Shown: piece by piece, positions 10,186 to 15,777 of the stretch | How the letters are laid out: each line of letters begins with the position of its first letter | Numbering within the stretch: the first letter of the stretch is position 1 | DNA from: Prochlorococcus marinus str. NATL2A | GTDB lineage: Bacteria > Cyanobacteriota > Cyanobacteriia > PCC-6307 > Cyanobiaceae | Reading direction: 5' to 3' | DNA length: 32,000 nt | NCBI RefSeq assembly: GCF_000012465.1 | Contig: NC_007335.2 | Coordinates: 30,001 to 62,000 of the forward strand | Program-made: the position numbers and the translations under genes | Notes under the pieces: model-generated | The model's database searches: none | Seen by the model: only the letters and a program-made list of their open reading frames with translations | What the model was told of the DNA's origin: nothing

Positions 10186-10205
10186 GGATTATAGAGTGGA
10201 AGTAA
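10186..10205 (+). repeat. decayed att core copy (GGATTATAGAGTGGAAGTAA)
   Basis: About two-thirds identical to the guaA end with a 1-nt gap. The left context TTTTTTGCTGGA parallels TTGTTTTGCTAGGA at copy 12032. Confidence 0.5.
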
Positions 10206-10243
10206 TAGTAACGTCTACTTTCCAGTGATAATTTGATTTATAC

Positions 10244-10326
10244 GGTTTTACGTAGGTTTTACGTGAGAGGTATGATGAGGATATAACTAGGGTTTTGAAG
10301 TGTCAGTTTTACGTGGGTTTTACGTG
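10244..10326 (+). repeat. two pairs of tandem 11-mers GGTTTTACGT(A/G); the first pair lies 38 nt after the decayed att
   Basis: Pairs at 10244-10265 and 10305-10326, plus a related GGTTTTGAAG at 10291. Confidence 0.8.
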
Positions 10327-10350
10327 GAACACTTTTACAGTCTCCATGGA

Positions 10351-10380
10351 GAAATCGTAGAAAGTTGATTTTCTCTACAC
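10351..10380. repeat. island palindrome copy (GAAATCGTAGAAAG..TTCTCTACAC)
   Basis: Contains part of the 16-mer shared with 7108-7123. TTCTCTAC at 10371-10378. Confidence 0.7.
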
Positions 10381-10437
10381 TTATAGAAAATTAAAAGCAA
10401 GAATTTCTTTTTTTGATTTTTCTATAAACTCACAATC

Positions 10438-10560
10438 TTAAATGTTTTGCAAGTAGTGAGTTTGTATTTTAGAAACACTGAACTGATACATGCCTGCGAA
10501 GTTCGTGGGATGTTGTTCTTCAAACTTTGCTCAGTTTTGTATGTTGGTTTGTGTTTTACC
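10438..10560 (-). pseudogene. fossil 3' end of a paralogue of the 7169-8911 methyltransferase
   Basis: 10468-10557 is about 80% identical by eye to 7181-7270. It translates on the minus strand as ..TNIQN*AKFEEQHPTNFAGMYQFSVSK.. against ..TNLQNWAKFEEKHPTTFLSMYQFWVSK.. The Trp codon has become TGA (10531-10533). Confidence 0.65.
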
Positions 10561-10567
10561 TTTTTAG

Positions 10568-11776
10568 TTAAACTCCTATTAATTTCACAGCAACTTGCTT
10601 TTCAAAATAAGAAACTGCCAACACTTCATAAGTTAAATTATTTTTAGAGCAAAATTCATTGAGTGCTTTATATTCATCCTGTTCCCAATTTTCACTGATA
10701 ATAAACTCATCAAATATTAAAATTGTATCTTTATCTATTACAGGTTTTGAGCAATTCAAGGCACAGAGAGTAGAAGAATAAAGGTCAGCATCAAAATTGA
10801 TAATTGATGCCATAGGTCTAGGTTTGGAATAAAAAGTTGGAAGGGTATCTTCAAATTTACCTGCTATAAATTCTCCACCCTCAATATTAGGAATGATCCC
10901 TTCTGCTGAATATGTCCCTTGTGCCTCGTGATGCCAATCTTCTGGTAGCCCTTCAAAAGTATCAAACCCATAACCTTTTTTGAAAGTATTAATTAGATAT
11001 CTAAATGAAGCACCCCGCCAAACACCAAATTCATAGAAAGGTCTATCTTTTTTGCTTTTTTTGGTCATACTGTCAAATAATGCCCATCTATAAAAAAACA
11101 ATTCAGGTAACTTCGGCAAATTAGCAACCCATTTAATAGATCGGGTTATAGCATGATCTTTATGAGTGGATTTCGTGAGATTATCAAATAATGATTGGTC
11201 ACCTTGATGTAATTTGAGCGCACTTAGATGGAGTTGTGCTTCTACATGATTTTCATCTATTTTTAAGACTTGATTTACCCTTTCCTCTGCTTCCTTAATA
11301 GTATTCGCTAATCCATATAAATTCCAAGCAGCACCTGTAAGATTAGGTTTAATTTTAATTGCTTTTCGTTGACAAATTTCTGCTTCTTCTAATTTACCAA
11401 GATCATTCAATATGATTCCCAGATTGGAATGTGCTTCTGCGTAATTAGGTTGCATTTCAATTGCTTTGCGAGTAGAAATTTCTGCTTCTTTTAATTTACC
11501 AAGTTGCGCTAATATTACTCCATAATTAGAAAAAACTCTGTGATCATTAAATCCTTCATTTATTAACTGTTGATAATATTTTTTTGCTTCTGCAATCTTT
11601 CCTTGTTTATGTAACATTCTTGCCTTATGAAATTTTTTTTCTTTAGATGGTTTAGACGGAGTTTGAGTAGTAATAGTGATATTTTCTTGATTTTCTCCTA
11701 AAGCAAATGAAATTGGAAATGTCTTTACTTCATAGACTTTCTTTTTTTTTTCTCCTTCTTGACTAGAACCATCCAT
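10568..11776 (-). CDS. TPR-repeat protein fused to a TylF/macrocin-type O-methyltransferase domain
   Basis: Three TPR units (AEAKKYYQQLI.., AEAHSNLGIIL..). C-terminus: FYEFGVWRGASF, FDADLYSST and ILIFDEF, typical of the TylF family. Confidence 0.85.
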   Translation of the reverse strand: MDGSSQEGEKKKKVYEVKTFPISFALGENQENITITTQTPSKPSKEKKFHKARMLHKQGKIAEAKKYYQQLINEGFNDHRVFSNYGVILAQLGKLKEAEISTRKAIEMQPNYAEAHSNLGIILNDLGKLEEAEICQRKAIKIKPNLTGAAWNLYGLANTIKEAEERVNQVLKIDENHVEAQLHLSALKLHQGDQSLFDNLTKSTHKDHAITRSIKWVANLPKLPELFFYRWALFDSMTKKSKKDRPFYEFGVWRGASFRYLINTFKKGYGFDTFEGLPEDWHHEAQGTYSAEGIIPNIEGGEFIAGKFEDTLPTFYSKPRPMASIINFDADLYSSTLCALNCSKPVIDKDTILIFDEFIISENWEQDEYKALNEFCSKNNLTYEVLAVSYFEKQVAVKLIGV

Positions 11777-11896
11777 CTTCTCTTATCTTTCTCTCTTTTG
11801 GTTTTGCTGATCTTACTCCTAATCTCGTCCCTTTCTAATTCTTTCTAAAATCATTTATTACTTTTAGAGGAAGGTTAATAAATATTTTCAATGAAC

Positions 11897-11907
11897 TTTC
11901 TACGATT
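11897..11907 (-). repeat. island motif copy, inverted (AATCGTAGAAA on the minus strand)
   Basis: Read directly. Confidence 0.5.
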
Positions 11908-11963
11908 ATTCAGAAAATCAACTCATAGAATAGAACTAACTCTGTTTATCTCTGAACTTTTTC

Positions 11964-11985
11964 AGTTTGTCACGGGTTTGTCACG
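11964..11985 (+). repeat. tandem 11-mers AGTTTGTCACG GGTTTGTCACG, 46 nt before att copy 3
   Basis: 10/11 identical. Related to the GTTTGTCACC repeats at 6838-6857. Confidence 0.8.
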
Positions 11986-12031
11986 ATCCAATAATCCTTG
12001 AGAATCCAGTTATATTCTTATTTGTTTTGCT

Positions 12032-12052
12032 AGGAACTATTGAGTGGGAGTA
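12032..12052 (+). repeat. att core copy 3 (GGAACTATTGAGTGGGAGTAA)
   Basis: 19/21 identical to the guaA end, same orientation. Confidence 0.85.
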
Positions 12053-12113
12053 ACTAGAACCTCTACTTTTCAGTTTTATTCATGTTTATTCTTGTAATTC
12101 TGATTTTAACGAC

Positions 12114-12136
12114 GTCGTAGAAATCTTTCTCTAAAC
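12114..12136. repeat. island motif copy (GTCGTAGAAATCTTTCTCTAAAC)
   Basis: Degenerate version of the ATCGTAGA..TTCTCTAC unit, located after the last att copy. Confidence 0.5.
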
Positions 12137-12295
12137 TTATAAATTTAATTTCTGATTAATTTTCAAACTAGAAACTTACTTTCTGCTCTGACCATGCGCT
12201 CGATTATTGCTTGCTTGGTTGAACTTTGTATTCCAATCAAGAATTAATTATGGCGAGGCTTCGAAAAAGACGTGATCATTTAAATAAGAGATAGT

Positions 12296-13033
12296 TTGGA
12301 TCAAATGTCATTTGAAGTTACTTACAATGGCGACATTCAATACATTAAAGTTTTCTACTCAACTGAAAAAACGAGAGCTGGAAAATACTATGGCGAGTTT
12401 TATAAAAAAATGGATGCATTAGCGAGTGACTTAAAACGCCTTAAACAAGAACTTGATGAAGATTGTGAAAAGGCAGCCAAGATTGCTAAAGATGCTGCCA
12501 ACAAGGCACTTTCTGAAAGATTTGGCTCACTTCGCTACATTATTGATGAGCATCTATGGGATCAAGACATTGTTATCAGCAAGATTCTTGACGATAGAAA
12601 AGAAGAGATGTTGGCTTTAGCACAGAAGACTTTTAATAATGAAGTTCTTCTTGAAGAGGATGGTGCAGAGGAATACAAAATCCACTTGGATGAAGGGGGA
12701 ATTGAAGTTGATGGTAAAAGTGTTGAGACATCGATAATGGAGTTTTTTGATTCTGACGACTACCACGAATCGAATGAGGCAAAACTAGAAAAATTGGAAA
12801 AACTGGATTGGTTTATCATCTGGTCGAGAACCGAGGCGGGAGAGTTTAGGACAGAGGGTGGACAACATGAGGGAAATTATTCATCAAAGGAATTAAATAT
12901 GGAAGATTGTTTGCTTACCTACAGAGATTTACCCCTTGTTAATCCCTCTAATGGCACGGACATCTTCAGTAATGAACTTGAAATTCATTTTGTAGATGAA
13001 ACCAGGGCATCCCTTGAGATAAGTGAATCTTAA
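12296..13033 (+). CDS. hypothetical, strongly acidic protein (probable start ATG 12305)
   Basis: 245-aa ORF with many D/E residues and a predicted coiled-coil stretch (LKRLKQELDEDCEKAAKIAKDAANKAL). No domain recognised. Confidence 0.55.
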   Translation: MDQMSFEVTYNGDIQYIKVFYSTEKTRAGKYYGEFYKKMDALASDLKRLKQELDEDCEKAAKIAKDAANKALSERFGSLRYIIDEHLWDQDIVISKILDDRKEEMLALAQKTFNNEVLLEEDGAEEYKIHLDEGGIEVDGKSVETSIMEFFDSDDYHESNEAKLEKLEKLDWFIIWSRTEAGEFRTEGGQHEGNYSSKELNMEDCLLTYRDLPLVNPSNGTDIFSNELEIHFVDETRASLEISES

Positions 13034-13208
13034 GAAGTATTCTCATGAATTTGATTATCAACTAATTTCCAACTATTGCAATTCAGTTCTCTTTGAGTTC
13101 TGTAGCATTCACTAAATAGATTTGTCTTGTGTTTTTAATTTGGTTGGATTTCCTTAAATATTGCTATGGCAGATTTGCCTCAAAACACTTGGATAATTCA
13201 AAAGATCC

Positions 13209-13251
13209 AAAAAGCAACTTTGTACTACTAGTACTTATCAAGGTGCTTTTT
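13209..13251. terminator. possible bidirectional hairpin
   Basis: AAAAAGCA..CTT..GTACTAcTAGTAC..AAG..TGCTTTTT. AT-rich, imperfect. Confidence 0.3.
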
Positions 13252-13317
13252 GCTCATGAATGCTCGTGTGAGGCATTTTTTGTACAGAGGCACTATTTTT
13301 GCGTTTAGTGTCGTCAC

Positions 13318-14181
13318 TTGATCAGAGGAAAAATCAGTAAGATTTGCCTAACTTATATACATTCCTATTTAAGCTTGCGGGTGGCTATGAATGAATTACG
13401 TTTAAGAATCTATAAGCAGCTAAAAAATGACTCACCAGAAGGGAGAACTTCTGTATTCAATAAAATCTGTGGAGTTACTATTTTTATTTCGATTTTTTTC
13501 GCAGTTATGGTTACTGAAAACTCAATCGATTATCAATTTGGAGATCAAATAGATCTTTTAGATTGGATTATTGGTGGTTGGTTTTGCGTTGAATATCTGT
13601 GTCGTTTATGGGTCGCACCACTTGAAAAAAAATATGGACAAGGTTGGAAAGGCGTTTTTCGTTATGTAATCTCACCAATGTCAATTATTGATGTAATTGC
13701 AATCGTCCCTTCTTTTTTTGGTGTTCGTGCTGAATTAAAAATTCTCAGGATTATTCGCCTTTTAAGAATCTTGAAAATTGGAAGAAGTGAAAAATTTAAG
13801 CAAAGTATTTTTCACTTCAATTATGCACTTCGGTCAAAGAGTCAAGAACTACAAATTTCGACTTTTTATACAGTTTTACTTTTGTTGATTAGCAGTACTT
13901 TTATGTATCTTGCTGAATCGTCCATTCAACCAGGATTGTTAGGTTCAATTCCAAGATGTCTTTGGTGGTCGATTACAACTGTCAGTGCTGTTGGTTATGG
14001 AGATTCAATACCTGTCACAGCATTGGGAAAAATAATTGCATCGATTACTTCTCTTATGGGTATTGCTGCAATTGCAATACCTACTGGAATCCTTGCGTCT
14101 GGATTCAGCGAATCAATTGGTGCACAAGCTAAAAATCAAAATGTTTCGAATGGAATTCAGGGTCCTAGTAATACTGGTTAA
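13318..14181 (+). CDS. voltage-gated-type K+ channel (probable start ATG 13387)
   Basis: TTVSAVGYGD selectivity filter. S4-like LKILRIIRLLRILKIGR with R/K at every third position. Flanking hydrophobic helices. Confidence 0.85.
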   Translation: MIRGKISKICLTYIHSYLSLRVAMNELRLRIYKQLKNDSPEGRTSVFNKICGVTIFISIFFAVMVTENSIDYQFGDQIDLLDWIIGGWFCVEYLCRLWVAPLEKKYGQGWKGVFRYVISPMSIIDVIAIVPSFFGVRAELKILRIIRLLRILKIGRSEKFKQSIFHFNYALRSKSQELQISTFYTVLLLLISSTFMYLAESSIQPGLLGSIPRCLWWSITTVSAVGYGDSIPVTALGKIIASITSLMGIAAIAIPTGILASGFSESIGAQAKNQNVSNGIQGPSNTG

Positions 14182-14361
14182 AAATGATATTCAAATTAAA
14201 TAAAAGTATATTTTTCAGTCAATAAAGAAGAAATAGATCTCTTGGTTTCATTAAGTGCAACTGACGCAAATACAGAAAAGAAAGGGAGAGATCTCCATAA
14301 TTCTTGATCGCATGATTTACAGAGCCATTGGGCCGAATACTGGAAAAATTTAAGACATAAT

Positions 14362-14387
14362 AAAAGGGGCGAGACTTAGTTCACCCC
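14362..14387 (-). terminator. rho-independent terminator of the 14444-14680 gene
   Basis: Minus strand GGGGTGA-actaagtc-TCGCCCC followed by TTTTAT. The stem includes one G-U pair, so it is strand specific. Confidence 0.6.
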
Positions 14388-14443
14388 ATATTTGTTATCG
14401 AGTGATCATTTGAATAATCATTTACTATGTTGACTTATAACTA

Positions 14444-14680
14444 CTAACCACCATTGCAGAAGCGAACTGCATCTGATGAACTCTTGCCAGTAGCTTGAAT
14501 CTCCTCAACACATTCATTGAACACCTTTGATTCTTGTTTAAGTGAGCAAAAACTTAGAGCGATTGCAGTAAGAGCGAGAGCAGAAACTACACTAGAGCCT
14601 AGCTGAATAATGCCATAAGCAAACATAGCTTTGCCTTTTCTACTGCACTTTTTTTTGTCTGTTTTATTCTCTTCGGTCAT
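14444..14680 (-). CDS. small single-pass membrane protein, hypothetical
   Basis: 78-aa ORF with a basic N-terminus, one TM helix (FAYGIIQLGSSVVSALALTAIALSF) and its own terminator. Confidence 0.5.
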   Translation of the reverse strand: MTEENKTDKKKCSRKGKAMFAYGIIQLGSSVVSALALTAIALSFCSLKQESKVFNECVEEIQATGKSSSDAVRFCNGG

Positions 14681-14801
14681 TTGTAAATTAGTTAATTCCT
14701 TAAATTAATTGATTTGTTGGTGAATTTATTTCAATAATTGTCGTGAATACCGTTCTCATTACTTGTTTTGGATTTTGCTTTTTCTAAATCAAAATAAGCA
14801 C

Positions 14802-14893
14802 AAAAAACCGCCCCATTCTGAACAAGACGGTTTTTTTAAGATCAGGCACAAGTGTTTCCTTGTTTCCACTGCGCAGGATCTCAACTCTTCACA
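14802..14893 (-). ncRNA. Yfr2-family-like sRNA
   Basis: The minus strand reads ..GCGCAGUGGAAACAAGGAAACACUUGUGC.. with GGAAACA twice in a hairpin loop. Terminator ACCGUCUUGUUCAGAAUGGGGCGGU + U6 needs G-U pairs, so it is minus-strand specific. TATAAC-like -10 just upstream. The 5' end is approximate. Confidence 0.55.
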
Positions 14894-14983
14894 GTTATAT
14901 ATTTACTAAGCTAATGAAAAACTCAAATATTAGAAGGCTGGTCTATCTTGTGGCACATGTCACAATTTGCAAAAGTAGTCATT

Positions 14984-15060
14984 AAAAAACACCCTGCTTA
15001 CAATAAGTCGGGTGCTTTATTTAACAGAACGATTGTGTGAGGAGTTGTCCTGTTAATTTC
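14984..15060 (-). ncRNA. yfr1: Yfr1 sRNA
   Basis: Exact ACUCCUCACAC on the minus strand (15035-15045). It is enclosed by the 7-bp inverted repeat UUAACAG/CUGUUAA and followed by CACCC..GGGUG + U6 (14984-15014). Intergenic location. The 5' end is approximate. Confidence 0.7.
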
Positions 15061-15151
15061 TTTCTACTCTAATGAGGACTTTTTGTCACTACTAAAAAAC
15101 AAAATGATTTAGATCATGAGATTTAATTGTTTTGTGACTTGCAAGATTAAT

Positions 15152-15469
15152 TTATTCTTCTGCGTTCTCAAACTGTTTTGCTAATCTAAAACCTTTTCTG
15201 AGAATTAAATAGATTCCATATAAACCAGCAATTAACGGAAGAACTATGAGAGGGTTTGGGCTATAACTAGAGTAATCTTTTACACCATCGACGTATTCGA
15301 TCCCTGAGCATTTCAAGTAAAGAAAACTTGTGAATACAATTCCCCAGCCAATAATTGAGAGAATCCCTCCTTTTTTGTCACCTTCATAAAATCTATCTAA
15401 ACCCCATCCCCAACCAATAGCAAGGATCACTCCTCTTGTGACAGCATTTTTCTCTTGCTTACGTAGCAT
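15152..15469 (-). CDS. TM2-domain membrane protein
   Basis: GWGLDRFYEGDKKGGILSIIGWGI matches the TM2 pattern. Two to three hydrophobic helices. Confidence 0.7.
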   Translation of the reverse strand: MLRKQEKNAVTRGVILAIGWGWGLDRFYEGDKKGGILSIIGWGIVFTSFLYLKCSGIEYVDGVKDYSSYSPNPLIVLPLIAGLYGIYLILRKGFRLAKQFENAEE

Positions 15470-15777
15470 TGTTTTTGTTTGAGTATGTTCGCAATGAACA
15501 TAACTGAATAATTGTTATTTTGCACAAACTGATTTAAGAAGATACTTGTTATTATAAGAATTTGGGTATCGTTTGCTAGAAAATTAGTTTGAAATTATGC
15601 GAATTAGAATCCCTGTCAAATAAAAAATAGAGAATTAGATTGGAAGTGATCAAAATAAATTCTATCTGTACCTTTTGAAGTTAGATCAATTTGAGGATTC
15701 CTAAGTTGAGCAATCTTGTTCGGGGGGGTGGTCTATTTCAAAAAAAAAAGATAACTTAGTTCAATGGCCTATTACTT

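Larger units (their letters stand above)
6783..12052. mobile_element. tandem array of three att-bounded cargo cassettes inserted at the guaA 3' end (no recombinase present)
   Basis: Direct repeats of the guaA terminal 21-mer at the cassette borders. Arm-like 11-mer pairs at fixed spacing. Island-type cargo (methyltransferases, a nuclease pseudogene). Confidence 0.6.

Noticed and set aside
9241-10205. Integron-like gene cassette (ORF tightly bounded by recombination sites)
   Set aside because: No attC-type R''/L''-L'/R' structure and no GTTRRRY core. The boundary repeats are copies of the guaA end. No intI or attI is present. Tandem att-site accretion explains it better.
10447-10647. 66-aa plus-strand ORF
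   Set aside because: It is the antisense reading of the fossil methyltransferase 3' end and overlaps the end of the 10568-11776 gene.
6821-11985. The short tandem repeats as a CRISPR array
   Set aside because: The repeats are 11 nt, directly abutting with no spacers, only two per locus, differ between loci, and no cas genes are present.
13266-13273. GUGUGAGG upstream of the K+ channel gene, complementary to 8 nt of the Yfr1 core (possible Yfr1 target site)
   Set aside because: An 8-mer is expected about once by chance in 64 kb of two-strand sequence. It is also 110+ nt from the likely ATG (13387). Not enough to claim regulation.
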